A DNA stretch of 46,237 nucleotides from Catajapyx aquilonaris (GCA_000934665.2 KZ539094.1:1-46237); one strand, 5' to 3'; positions 13,026 through 25,564 are shown, numbered from the stretch's first letter. Numbers and translations are program-made. Notes: generated from the sequence alone by a model not told the origin.

Positions 13026-13365
13026 GGGGAGGTGTGGTGGCCGTGATGGTAACGTCATGGCTTGCTGAGTGAAAGGCCCCAGGTTCGATCCCCGCCTGGG
13101 GAACTTTCCTTTCACCTGCGTCAGGAGGGTCTCTGACCTGCACCAAGGAGGTGTCTGGCAACCTAACCTCCTGGGGAACAGCACATGACCCCTTTACCGA
13201 CCTTGCACTTGCACCAACGTTCCCTCCCCAAAAATCCCTATCCCTACCCTATCCCTATCCTTGACTCCTTGCACCGGTGATGAAGTTAAAAGGAAAATTG
13301 GAGAGTAATGGTGGTATTCCACCCCCCTAAAAAGGCTAAGTCTTATCACGGGGTAACGTAAAAAA
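13026..13365 (+). mobile_element. tRNA-derived SINE, head type 2
   Basis: A box TGGCCGTGATGG, B box GGTTCGATCC, tail CCCCTAAAAAGGC..TATCACGGGGTAAC, flanked by duplicated TTATTATATTATATTA. Confidence 0.88.
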
Positions 13366-13381
13366 TTATTATATTATATTA

Positions 13382-13730
13382 TATTTTTTATGTTACCCCG
13401 TGATAATGCGGAGCCTTTTTAGGGGGGGGGGGGTGGCACATCACCATCAGTTTTCAAGTAACTCTGTACTATTTTTTCCTCGCTCACTGGTGCAAGGAGA
13501 CGGGGACATGGGTAAGGACAGGGATTTTTGAGGAGGGAACATAGGGTGCAAGTGCAATGTCTGAAAAGGGGTCTTGTGCTGTTCCCCAGGAGGTTAGGTT
13601 GCCAGACACCTCCAAGGTGCAGGTCAGAGACCCTCCAGGTGAAAGGAAAACTCCCCCGGTGGGGATTGAACCTGGGGCCTTTCACTCAGCAAGCCGAGAC
13701 GTTACCATCTCGGCCATCTACACCTCCCCC
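13382..13730 (-). mobile_element. tRNA-derived SINE, head type 2 (older copy; its tail continues at about 12967-13025)
   Basis: Reverse-complement homologue of 13026-13365. TSD CAAGGCCGGATTATT at 12952-12966 and 13731-13745. Confidence 0.88.
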
Positions 13731-13970
13731 CAAGGCCGGATTATTCGGAGGTCCTCGAGCTGAGTTTTGCTTTTTAAAACAGGTGGAGCGGATGTGACGT
13801 CACAAAACTTTGAAGGCGCTGTAACCATTAACTACGTAACGGGAGCCAGTGCACATCCCTATATTAGTTTTGCGAGTCTACCGGGTGATTATCCGCGAGT
13901 TTCCTTTCACCCTGTGTATGCAGAATTTCATGAAAATCATTGAGGGTGGAAGGAAAAGGTGACCTATTCA

Positions 13971-14298
13971 TGTAGAGTGACCATGGTCTAATACTCAGGT
14001 CCTGCAACTCCCTTCCCTTTTGCATGAGCTTAGTTGATCTCACCACCCCGGATTTGGTGCTGTTGTCACTGCACTATCCCCAAAGCGCACTTGGGCGGAT
14101 GGCTGGCGAGTCTGCGAATGTGCTCCTGACCTAGCTGCAGTGAAACGGACAGTTAGGGTTGGTTCAGAAGTCATCCTCCCGAATCCGTTTCAGGGACAGT
14201 GTGCCAAATTAGGGGTGATGGAAATCAATTAAGCCCATGGCCGTCTCCATAAGGCTGGGGTAGGAGTTGCAGGAGGCTGATAGTGACTCGTCTCTACA
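13971..14298. mobile_element. Diverged fold-back MITE just upstream of exon D
   Basis: Inverted blocks TGTAGAG...TCCTGCAACTCC / GGAGTTGCAGGA...CTCTACA and GCTTAGTTGAT / ATCAATTAAGC. Confidence 0.55.
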
Positions 14299-14372
14299 GT
14301 ATGTGTTTTGGTGTCGAACCCTTACATTTCATTAGGAGTATGTTACAGCTAACTCCTCTGATTCTCTTGTAG

Positions 14373-14501
14373 CTGCAAGGGCAACTGCAAAAGCAAGCAT
14401 TGACCAAAGCCATAGTCCCTGAAATGAGGATGATGGTGCCACCTGGAATGGAAGGATTATTGATGTCTAATCAGGCTCTTGTCTCGCAGATTACCATGGC
14501 A
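14373..14501 (+). CDS. Pcf11: Probable Pcf11 coding exon D (not in ORF track)
   Basis: ctaac branch-like motif, then tcctctgattctcttgtag|CTG and GCA|gtaagt. 129 nt, open, phase 0-0: LQGQLQKQALTKAIVPEMRMMVPPGMEGLLMSNQALVSQITMA, which continues the Q-rich coil. Confidence 0.75.
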
Positions 14502-15159
14502 GTAAGTTTGCTTCCTTCTTAAGGGCTGCTGTATAAACACAAATTTTCCCAGTTTTTCTGGCAATGACTGGGTACAAAATCTGACATAAACACAGCAGTC
14601 ATTGCACAATCACACATTTTGTCAAATCTCCAAAGAAATTGTGCCTAAATGTCCTCAATTCTACCAATTTCCTGAGAAAAGGCAAGATTCTCTCCTTCGA
14701 ACAGCTCCACATGCCCACTCCCTGCATTTTTAAATGGCTGTATTTCCACATGACTTGTCTAGGACTGCCCCTCATATTATGTGCCAGGCCTGAACCAAGT
14801 GGCACAGGTGACAGAATATGCACAGTTTTGTGACAAGCCTGAAGGAAATAAGCATAACATTTTAAAACTAGTCATTAGCTTCATGGATTCATACAGCCTG
14901 ACACCTGAGTATGGTGGAATTATTGGACATCTTCCCTTTTGAATTTGCATTCATACAACCACAGCTCTTAGTATTACCCAGTAATTTATATCTATACCTA
15001 TTTACATTCTACATTTGGTAACCACTGCCCCCTTACTTTTTTAAGCAGTAGTCCTTGGATATGTTGCATCATATGCAGTTGCTGCACAATACTGGGTTCC
15101 AGAATTGAGCTCACATCCACGGTTGTAAACATCTTGCAGACCTGCCACCTCACTTTTAA

Positions 15160-17713
15160 CCCAGATATGCCGGGAAAAATTATTATTGAATTTGTGAACG
15201 TTTTTTGTTTTTGTTGGTTCATATTAGTTCCCAAAATACACATATCAAGATAAAACATTTTTCTGAATGCTTGTTTGAGAGAAAATGGCCATCCCCTATA
15301 ATTATGGGATGCTAGGAAAATGTAACCTATAGATAGGTCGTTAAACGAGCGCAAACCCCGCACAGATCACGTGCCGCAGTGGATGCAATCCTGGAATGAA
15401 GCGGGATTTTGGGAAAGTCTATCGTTTATCCGCACATAGCGACGCGGTGCTTCAAACATGTTGGCTACGAGTCGCAAACAACCGGTTGCCGGGAGAGGAC
15501 AACAAAGGGCGTCTTCTTACCCCTGCCACACGAACCGTTCAGACAAGTGCTAGGACCACAGTATTAATGAAGGAGGTGGGAAATATGAAAGCCATGATGG
15601 TTGCTGCAGTCCGTTAACCCAAAGAACGATATGATGTCACACCAGACGTGTTTTCTGAGCGTGTGCAGTAGTATGCCTGCAGAGTGAGTCGTGGGCATGA
15701 TTGGAGGGGAGAGCCGGGTGGTGGCGGGCGGAACTTGGCGTCATGTAGTTCGTTGGTTTAACGGAGTGTGTGAAGGTGTACTTGGCGCTTGGCAAAGCCA
15801 CAATAACGTTCGTTGGCCTGCGGCGCCACAAGACGGACAGTAAATGTTGCGGATACAGAAACCCACAATAAGCGCCCAGCTCCGCTTTCGCTCCGCAAGA
15901 ACTAAAAATATCACGCACGGGCGACGTACCGTGCCTGGCAGGGCCACAACAATGTACAGTACAGTTGCGGTAACAAAAAGCCATACAGCAATACCAAGAC
16001 AAAGGCTATTCCATCCACTTAATCACCTCAAAATCCCGAATTGAATCCCCGAAAGCCCGAAAAGAAAAATAAAGCACAGTTCCATGTAACCATGCAGCAG
16101 TATCAATAGGCACCCGATTGTTTGCGACGCAACGTTGCCAACCGTCGGGAGGCCTTGTTGTTAACGTGCGGATAAACAATAGCTTATCCGGATTTTGTGC
16201 ATAGCATAGGCATATGACATGAGCTGAAAACACGTGACCCTTATTTCTAACACTGGCAAGATTCAGGAAGTATGGTCGCCTCCAAGTAGAGCTTTCGGAT
16301 GATTTCGAGGCAGATATCTGCACTTTACCATGGCGGCGTGTCGCAAAGTTGGCTTGGACCCTCCTGAGGAAGTAGGCGATGACCCTCGGAAGAGGAGGAC
16401 GTTGAGAAGCCAAACACGAGAAGTCGTCCATCAGGTGTACACTTACTTCAAGATAGAAAAAGAGGCTGGTGAGCCCCTCTGCGACGTTGCCAGAGCTACC
16501 GAAAGAACAGCTGAGGCCACGAGTGTAAATGGACGCGATTGCATTTCCCGCCGGAAACTTGGCAACGTTGTGGGAAGGGGGCGTGTCCTGCGTGAATTGA
16601 TGTCCAAACGCGGTTGCGCTCGTTTATCGACCTATCTATAGTATGGCTGTAGTAGTTGTTGATTACATTACCATGGCAACAGTGACATTCAGCAACATCC
16701 ATAGTTTCATAATATCACCAATGATTTATTGTTGTCGATTGCATTACCACGGAAACAGGTCGTGCAAAGAAGGGGTTGTAATTTAGTCACAATCAGCAAA
16801 AATCAAGCATGTTGCAACAGTTGCCATGTTAACCAGTTGCCATGTAATCTTGTTTTAATTATATGGATTCAGTAAGATACAGTTCAACAAAGCGTCCAAA
16901 ATCCACACATATATTTTACTTGTCCAACTGTGGGTGCATTTGCCTCTTGTGTTGCCCAGAGGGACACCAGATTTCAACACTACTTTCAGACAAGGAAAGT
17001 AAAAAATCTGGCTATATATTTCCATGTCGACATCATCATTCATAAGTTTTCTAAGTATTACAAACAATAAATAACTCATAACACTAATCAACATTTGAGC
17101 ATTAATAATTATTACTAATCATATTCGGAACATAGAGGTGCAGCCATTTTTCCTGACTTAAAATTCCAAGACCTGTATCTTAAAAAGCTGAAGCAATACT
17201 GGGCAGGTTTGAACTTGTATCATTAGCAGTGACTATAATGAAGCCCTCGAGGCTACTGCCAGCTCTTTAGCAACAGTAGAACTAGTGCAAAAAAATTACA
17301 TTAGGTTGTGTCGGGGACACAAGCCGCAGCATTTGCGGGCTCAACCTACATTATGTTTCACTGTTCTTGACTATAATGGCAGGGGCATGCAGGCCTGGAT
17401 ACGTCTTTAAAATCGGATCAGAGGGCATGCAGGCAAACTCAAGCGTTACAGAAAAGCGTCGGTTATAGCATACTCGGGTATAATAGACTGTTATAGCATA
17501 CTCGGGTATAATAGAGGAACACTTTTCTCGCTCGAGTTTGCCTGCATGCCCCTGCCATGGGCCCCCTGGCGTGGCCCTGCTGTAATGCTTTTCTGTAACG
17601 CTCTAGTTTGCCTGCAAGCCCCCTGATCCGATTTTAAAGACGTATCCACGTCAAAAATTAAAATGTAACAACTGTGCAGGTGTCCCTTACAGGGGACGCT
17701 GGGCATATCTGGG
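15160..17713. mobile_element. piggyBac-like non-autonomous element, copy 1 (with nested insertions)
   Basis: TTAA|CCCAGATATGCC ... GGCATATCTGGG|TTAA. Collinear with 17761-18585 apart from the insertions. Confidence 0.85.
15330..16638 (+). mobile_element. IS630/Tc1/mariner-superfamily deletion derivative
   Basis: TIRs TAGATAGGTCGTTAAACGAGCGCAA / TTGCGCTCGTTTATCGACCTATCTA. The TA TSD is confirmed by the empty site in copy 2. ORF 16330 (LRSQTREVVHQVYTYFKIEK...ERTAEATSV) resembles the N-terminus of arthropod DD37E-type transposases (from memory). Confidence 0.8.
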
Positions 17714-17760
17714 TTAAGTGTGACAGTGAGCTACATGCACTGTTGGAATAGCCCATTTAA

Positions 17761-18585
17761 CCCAGATGTGCCTGGAAAAGTTTTTGTTGAATTTTTGAAC
17801 TTTTTTTGTGTCTATTAGTTCATGTTAGTTCCCAAAACACAAAAGTCGAGATAAAACATTTTTCTGAATTCTTGTTTGCGAGAAAATGGCAGTTCCCTAT
17901 AATTATGGGATGCTAGGAAAATGTAACCTAGTATGGCTATAACAGTTGTTGATTACATTACCATGGCAACAGTGACATTCAGCAATATGCATAGTTTCAT
18001 AATATCACCTATGATTGATGTCGATTGCATTACCATGGAAACAGGCCATATAAAGAAGGGGTTGTCATTGAGTAACAATCAAGGGTTGTTGCAACGGTTG
18101 CCATGTTAACCAATTGACATGTAATCTAGTTTTAATTATATGGATTCATTAAAATACAGTTCAACAAAGCATACAAAATCCACACACATACTTTACCTGT
18201 CCAAATGTGGGTGCATTTGCCTCTTGCTTTCCCCGGAAGGGACACCCGATTTCAACACTACTCTCAGACAAGGAAAGGAAGAAATATTCCTATATTTCCA
18301 CATCGACATCATCATTCATAAATTTTCTAGGTATTGCAAACAAAAAATAACTCATAATGCTAATCAACATTCGAAAATTAATTACTAATCGTCTTCGGAA
18401 CGTGGAGGTGCAGCCATTATTCCCTGCGTTAAAATTCAAACACCTGTATCTTAAAAATGTGAAGCAATATTGAGCAGGTTTGAACTTGCATCGTTAGCTG
18501 GGACTCGACTGAACCACACTTGACTACTGCCAGCTCTTTAGCAGCAGAAGAACCTGCGCAAAAAAAACCACTCTGCATATGTGGG
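17761..18585. mobile_element. piggyBac-like non-autonomous element, copy 2
   Basis: TTAA|CCCAGATGTGC ... GCATATGTGGG|TTAA. Direct homologue of copy 1. Confidence 0.85.
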
Positions 18586-18719
18586 TTAATTGACTTTAAA
18601 ACTGTGTACGAGTTCATATACCAACATGAAACTTGAAAGTCAGTTCATAGAGCATGGCTAAAGTGAGTTGTTGGTCACATTTGACCCTGGCCCATTTTTG
18701 TAGGTACTCATTTGGGCAN

Positions 18720-18759
<40 letters not shown>

Positions 18760-18761
<2 letters not shown>

Positions 18762-18849
18762 TCCTGAGACCCGATGTCCAATATATTGGACATCAGCAAA
18801 AAAAGAAAATTGGCGTCAATTTCAGTTGACGCCATCAGGTCTCAGGAGG
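18760..18849. mobile_element. 90-bp micro-MITE embedded in (TA)n
   Basis: TIRs CCTCCTGAGACC / GGTCTCAGGAGG, with TA repeats on both sides. Confidence 0.75.
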
Positions 18850-19824
18850 ATATATATATATAGACAAACAGGTTGGGCAACTAGTCCCCTTATGGCGTAG
18901 ATCTCCTCAGTCCCACCCGGCCCCTTCTTCACCACAGTGCACCCCTCACTGCAGCAATAATTATTACTATTAATTGAGAATGGATCATGAGAACGTGGAT
19001 GCCCCCCCCNNNNNNNNNCCCCCCCACCTCCCCCACTAGCTTACAAGATGGAGTGCTCCGGGATAGAGCACTACAAAAAAACTGGACAAAAGCGCTGCAA
19101 ACTCAAGAGATGCGGCACCCTACCTAACTACTGATAAGCCTCTCCTTGCCTCTTAAAACTCACGGGGGTCAGAGGGGGAAACCTATGTGAAAAAAACGGA
19201 GTTTCACTGGGGTGGCCAAACCTATTTGCAACTGGGAACCATTTTTGTCAGACATGTTTGTGCGACGATCACTGAGTTGACCGATGGTTCCCCATTTGCA
19301 GATAGGTTGGGCATTGGCCAGATTGGTCACGTCCTGTGGATATGAAAATAGGCCATCATCATATTAAATGAAAGCTCTTTGCACACTCTTTAAGACTGTA
19401 TCAGGGTTTCCCACCGGGCTTTACTCAACACAAAATATTTAAAAAGTGTTTTAACTCCCTCTCATGTTGCTCATTTCTTTAATTGCAAACCAAATTAACC
19501 TTGGGATGGAAAAAGGACAACCAATCCCTGAAGAACATAGGCCTTTTGCTAAAACAAGTCTATAATAGATTACTTATTCTAACTTATCAGACTAGTGCAA
19601 CTATAATTATTGGATCATCCAATGGAACAATGTCCAGGTTGAAACAGGGTGGACATGAGCCCTTGTTTTATTGGATGATTCAGTTATGATGGATTTGATA
19701 ATGTGGCCTGTGAGTATGAATTGGGCAAGTCTGCTGTTGACAGACTTTTGGTTTCCTAGTTTTATTAGCTCCTACAATTGCCCTTGTCACAGCTATAATG
19801 ACCATGCCAAATTTGCAATTTCAG

Positions 19825-20851
19825 CAGGAACCTATTGGAACCGTATCCAGTCACCTGGTTCCTGGGATTGCACCAAATGCTCCTGCAACATTGGCTTCGA
19901 CTGCAGCTCCTGTTAATCCCCGGCAGGCCCGGGATCCACGTCTGTCAAGAACAAATGCCTTGGAGCCACAGCAGTTGAAGGCACCATCGTCACTGGAGCC
20001 CCCTCCAGTTCCTTCCCCACCACCTCCACCCATTATCACCCCTGTGGTGACAGCATCATTGCTGGCAGCTGGTAGCAAAAAGGTTGACAATAATAAAGAA
20101 GCTCGATTGGTGATGACCAGTAACAAAGAGATGCTACTACTACATACCAAAGTTCCCCATGGTGGCAAGAGTAAAAGTAGCAAGGGAGGAGGTAGCCCAT
20201 TGTTGTCTGGGTCTTCCGGGTCAGGGGGTGGTGGACAGGTTGGTAACTACGCATCAGGCAGAAGGAGCAGGTCACCTGCATCGGATGGTCGGGGTAGTGC
20301 CTCCAGCAAGAAGGGAAAGCGCGATAAGTTGCAGAAATCACCATCCAAGCAGCAGGAGCAACAATCAGGGAAAAAGACAGCTTCTCCCAATACCTCCGTC
20401 TCTTCCCAGTCATCATCCTGTTCCTCTTCTCCAACTGACAAACGCAAATCCAGACTCTTGTCTAGTTCTACCACTTCTCCATCACGAAGTAAAAGGGAAG
20501 GTAATAGTAAGCAGGGCGAACGGAAGAAGACACACAAGCGAAACAAACATGAGAAGCAACGAAAGGATGCTAAGGAGGATATCGTTGTTATAGACCTGCT
20601 AGAAGAGGATGAGTCTACAGCAATCGGCCCTGTGGATAAATCACCAGTGCCTGATGGTAGGCTGGTGTTTAAAGACGTCCGTGGTCGGAAGAATCGAAAC
20701 TACAAACGTCGGGATGTGGATGGGAGTGAAAGTCCTGATGGTATGCTCAACAGTGCTGTCAGCAATGTCAAGGGCACCGACATGGACTTGAGGGTGATCC
20801 CATCTGAGAAGTTGAAGTCGAGTCCCAAGGATGGTCCTGGCAACACTACAA
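19825..20851 (+). CDS. Pcf11: Pcf11 coding exon E (Pro/Ser/Lys-rich region with RDPR and DMDLR motifs)
   Basis: Lies in the 394-aa ORF 19798-20982. Phase-0 acceptor tttcag|CAG (19828 is an alternative). Donor A|gtaagg is phase 1, matching the next exon. The 5' boundary is less certain. Confidence 0.85.
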
Positions 20852-21154
20852 GTAAGGGAGTCACATTGATCACGTTTGGGGTTCCACAGACCTCCAGTAT
20901 TACAGGTTGTGTCATTAAAGGAGATAGAGAAGTGTTGATATATTATTCAATTGGGTTACCCTATAGTTGTGATTGGAAGTAGTGTATTAGTATTGTTGGG
21001 TTAATCCATGTGAACTCATCATTCATCCCTCAGATCTGACCTCCCTTTCACCTAAAGGAAGATTGGTACATAATAAGTTGTCATTGAGATGTAATGCTTG
21101 GCTGAAATTTAATTGCAATCAAACTGTACTGGTATGTGTGGGAGGGCATTGCAG

Positions 21155-21410
21155 ATTTCGTCGTTAATCTGATCAAAGGACAAATTCGACATTTTTGCTA
21201 AAATCGGATTATGACCTCTGCCACCACCATCCAGTGTTGGGTTACATTCTGACAAAGCGGCAAACACGTGGGACAAGGGGCATCAGGGTTATAACGGAAA
21301 ATCGAAACACCATCCCATGTATTAGTATAGTGGTTTGCAGGCTTCTTGTGGCTCTCCTGTAAAATTATGAAAATGTTGAATTCGTCCCTTTGTCAGATCA
21401 GCAACGATTT
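21155..21410. mobile_element. MITE-like fold-back
   Basis: TCGTCGTTAATCTGATCAAAGGACAAATTCGACATTTT is inverted relative to AAAATGTTGAATTCGTCCCTTTGTCAGATCAGCAACGA. Confidence 0.7.
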
Positions 21411-22246
21411 GACCTGCGAAGCAACATTTGGCTTTATGAAGTTTTTAAAAATCACATGTGGCTATAAAAGGCATATATGAAGAAATTATTAGAGAATTTT
21501 CTGATGCACACACACACACATTCTTATACCACCCTGCATGTGCATGGCCTAAGTTGGCAATCAAAGGTGGCAGAAATTGGCTGGGACGATTGATTGGTAC
21601 CTCCTACCGATGTGTATAAAATTGGCAGACAGACGGGAGTCCCATGTCAAGGTTTGCGTCAATGCGCACTTTCTGTTAGCTGTTTTTATATTATGGTCTA
21701 AGCAACCCATGCACATGGGCGCTTACGTATTTTGTGTCAAGCTATTTACTTTTTTTAAAAAATCTATCATCAGATGATATGCAACTAAGCAGGCATTCGA
21801 TTTTGCAGTATTCAATATGCCATGTCAGCGTAACACATTTGGAAATAGTTAGGTACAAAAGTGTCCACTCCCATGTAGGAAAGTCTTTATGTCTTATTTT
21901 ATACGAGTATTATATAATATGTTGTCTAATCACTGCGTAGGGAAGACCATTCAAAAGCAGGTAAGGGAAGCTTCACTATGACGCTAATGTCACTTCAGGA
22001 CTGCCTCTTCAATCCGACTTTTATTTACATTGCCAGTAGGGACCAATCCATCATCCCTGCTGATTTCCGGTTGAATTGCTGATTTCTGCTGTCTTGGATC
22101 ATCACTTTGGCAGCGCACAACCCTGCACATGTATGCCTATGCATGTATATTAAATAATGTTATAAGATAAATATTATTGATATGCTGAGTAATTCTTAAT
22201 ATACAAAATAAATTCACCATCATGATATACAGACTAATATTAAATA

Positions 22247-23089
22247 CAGGAAGTCCCCAGTTTACAAACAACCAGACTTACGGCAATCTGTACTTAAAGG
22301 GACACTCCACTCAAAATACAAGTTGATCTGTAAAAATCAGGCAAAAAATCCCGATTCCGGTGATACCATCCGTTTATCTCTGAGACGAACGGTAATGTCA
22401 GGGGATGAGACGAAAGTCGGAAAAAATTCGAGGGGTGGCGCCGCCTGGCCACCTGGCCAAGTTAGGCGACGTTGGATAGAGCGCCGCCCTTCCCAACGGG
22501 CGCTAGGGGAAGTTGGCTTCGGACATAACCAGATCAGTCCAGATCCCCACGAATCCCCATGCCCGCAGGCAACTTATCGAAGTCGCCGTTGGGAAGGGCG
22601 GCGCTACTATCCAACGTCACCCTTGGGGTGGCGCCGGGCCCGTTTGAGCGCGGTTTTCGAACAACACACTTCCAGCTTTCGCCCTGGCCTTATTGTTCGT
22701 CTCTCAGAAAAACTGTTTATACCCTCGGAGTCAGGATTTTTTGCCCGATTTTTAGAGCCCAACTTGTATTTTGAGTGGAGTGTCCCTTTAAGAACAGCTC
22801 CCAAGTTTCCATATGGGTAATTTTTAATTATCTCTCCTCACTCAATCTCGTCTGCATATGCTGACTGACACCAAATTTAACATAATACTGGGTAATTAAA
22901 TTAATTCGAGAATTACATTCTTCGTGCATGTGAATACGCATGGCGTAAGAAGTTCTTTGGCGCAGCATCTTGACGCTAGCTGCTGCTATTATTACCATAT
23001 ATGCACTGTTCATAAGAGATCCGAGTTACGTACAGATTTGACTTACATTCTCAGAGAAGTATCTCCATTTGTACATCAGGGGCTTCCTG
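22247..23089. mobile_element. pogo/Tigger-like MITE with a nested insertion
   Basis: TA|CAGGAAGTCCCC ... GGGGCTTCCTG|TA, with GACTTAC-type subterminal motifs. Confidence 0.7.
22298..22787. mobile_element. Kolobok-like palindromic MITE
   Basis: TTAA|AGGGACACTCCACTCAAAATACAAGTTG ... CAACTTGTATTTTGAGTGGAGTGTCCCT|TTAA. Imperfect inverted repeat over most of its length and CpG-rich. Confidence 0.85.
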
Positions 23090-23159
23090 TATAAAATATC
23101 AGATGTTACGTCTTGTGTTTGGTTCCGTGGTCTTGGAGCTCATTTTAAAAAAAGTACTA

Positions 23160-23460
23160 CACTGTACTCCTGATTATCTCTGCAAATTAATGCACGTATT
23201 TTCTCTGGATAAAGGGAAAACACTGATAATCTGGAAATGGACTTAGATACCATAAAAATATGTCGTAAATCAAAATATAATTTACCATAGATTTTTGGTT
23301 TCTCTTCTGGAAAAAGTCTTCTATTTCATAGTTTGCGAGAGATTGACATTTTTTGGACTTTCATTTCAAATGGATTTTTTGGCGATGCATGGATAATCTA
23401 CAACACGGATAATCCATACCAGGATAATCAGGAGTACAGAGTAATTAAAATCTGTATAAT
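23160..23460. mobile_element. MITE with CTGTACTCCTGATTATC termini
   Basis: CTGTACTCCTGATTATC / GATAATCAGGAGTACAG. Related termini recur near 44367 and 45300-45365. Confidence 0.65.
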
Positions 23461-24132
23461 AATACACATGAAATTCGACATCAGCATAATAACTTTGATA
23501 CTGGAGACTGCATTGGTTTAGCATGTAATTCTGACGAACTTTATGCTACACATTAGCAAGTGGACTTTTGAATGGAGCACATGACACATGCTTAAATGAT
23601 GAGTCCGAATATTTTAACCACAGTTTCTCAGCATCCTGTGCAGATCCTATCCTGATTCTGATAAAATAATACCACTGATGTTGGCTTGCTTCATTCATGT
23701 TGTTATGAAGATTGTAAAAGTTGCTTTTAAAAAATGAGATCAAACATCACAGAACTAACCACAAGATATAACATCTTTAGATGTTCTTTTATAAACTGTA
23801 CCAGAAAAACCCTCGCTACACTTGCATTTTTCTAGTCTGCAGGCATAGAAAACTAGTTATAAACTGGATATTGCACATCGGTAAGAAGAGAGGCGCAAGT
23901 CCATAAAATCAACCCAATTATTGGATTTGTGTGTGTGTGTTTTATGTCATCAGCTTTCTCTCTCTCTCTCCTTCTCTCTCTCCCCCCCCCCCTCTCTCTC
24001 TCTCCCCACCTCCGGATCATATTTCCCTTGTTCTGTTTCTTTGCCACCCCATTCCTAAGCCACCCATGACACAATGTGATCACTGAATATTGCATTCAGC
24101 AGAAATTATGATTGGCTTGATAACCCCTTTAA

Positions 24133-24978
24133 CCCAAATAAGACGGGTGGTTTTTCGCGTTTTTGCAAGTTTCTGCAAAAAATTCGCTTTCTTTGGGACT
24201 TGGGGGACGAGACTTGAAAACACTTGTGAATAAGATCGTCTAGTGTCCAGGCATGATCCTGAGGCCATCTATGTAACCCTCCTCATTCCATACGGAGATG
24301 TAAAGTCTTAAACTCGCAAACAAGGTGGCGCAGGGGTATGTTTTGCACCTACTCCATTTTTTTGTCTCACTGCCTGCTTGACAAAAAATTATCGGTATGT
24401 AGCCTTGGCACCACTGAACAATGCAGTACATAAGCACATGGCATGAATTACATCACAGGCCAGTGAGGTGAGTTATATTGATCAACACACAACCTCACAC
24501 GAATGTAAACAATCCCTACAGCCACAGCTGTTTAAAAAGCGTGGGGGACTTGTGCCCTCCAGCCACACGGAGGCTGGCGTTTTAGTGCGCAGACTCCCAC
24601 CAGCCGCTAATTGGCATTTACGAACATTATGTATGTATTTTAAAACTATTGAATCATCTTTTGCGCTAATTTTAGGGTGGAATCTCTTGAGGAGGTTTGG
24701 GGGCAACTATGTATGCCAAAAATTTGCCGGTCAAGGTCGTATATTTTTTTTAAGTTTTTTTTCAGCGGTCGCAAAAAGATGATTTCATTCAAGTTAATCT
24801 GGTTAATCCGGTTTATTTATGCAAGATTTTGTAGTCCAAAACTCGCGATTTTTTACGCGAGAGAAAATTTAAAAAGTCACGCAGAAACCACGTTACATAG
24901 TGGGAAAACGCTATAGTTTCGCCAGCAGAATTTTTTAAAGCCACTGTCACAGCATATGTGACGCCCGTCTTATTAGGG
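24133..24978. mobile_element. piggyBac-like MITE
   Basis: TTAA|CCCAAATAAGACGGG ... CCCGTCTTATTAGGG|TTAA. Confidence 0.8.
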
Positions 24979-25564
24979 TTAAATCCATAAGCAGGCCATG
25001 ATTAGTATGAAAATCTTTAGCCAGTGAAATAGTCTTTCCCTAACTTATGCTCAGCTTAAACATATCTGGAAGAACTTTTAGGATGCAAGACCAAATAAAT
25101 GTCTTCACTTCCACTTTTCAGAAAAACCTAAGAACAAAATGCCATTTTACACCTTTTTTTTGGTGAAAAACAGGAATATGTCACTTGATGGCTTTTGAAT
25201 GAATTTGAATCTTATAATAGTTTTAATTTGACCTTAATCTGTGCAGAGCTACTTGCAGGTTCAAAAATGTTATGGACAGAATTCAGAGATGGTACAAAAT
25301 GCGTTCAAGAGTGTGTGTAACTAATATTATTTTGAAAACTTGTTATGAGGCCAGTGTCTCATGCAACAATGTACTTTAAAACACTAAGGTGTCCTTGGGC
25401 ATGCAGCATGGCACTAACTGATGAGGTCCCACTCCCCTCATACGCAAGAGCCACATGCAAAGCCTGCCTGAGTAGCCAATTTGAGCGAGCACGGGCAGCA
25501 CTCGCGCAGTTGTGCATTCATGGGCATCCCCGGCTACTTTAACTCTTGAGTCTTCTGCTTTTGA

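Larger units (their letters stand above)
12718..13914. mobile_element. Tc1/mariner-type MITE hosting two nested SINEs
   Basis: TA|CAGGGTGAAGGGAAACTCGCGGA ... TCCGCGAGTTTCCTTTCACCCTG, with inner inverted repeat AAAACTAATATAGGGATGTGC / GCACATCCCTATATTAGTTTT. Confidence 0.85.

Noticed and set aside
19798..20982. Stand-alone 394-aa gene
   Set aside because: It is better explained as an internal Pcf11 exon with phase-compatible splice sites. The ORF ends are intronic read-through.
22323..22820. 165-aa ORF
   Set aside because: It lies within a GC-rich palindromic MITE and has no recognisable protein motifs.
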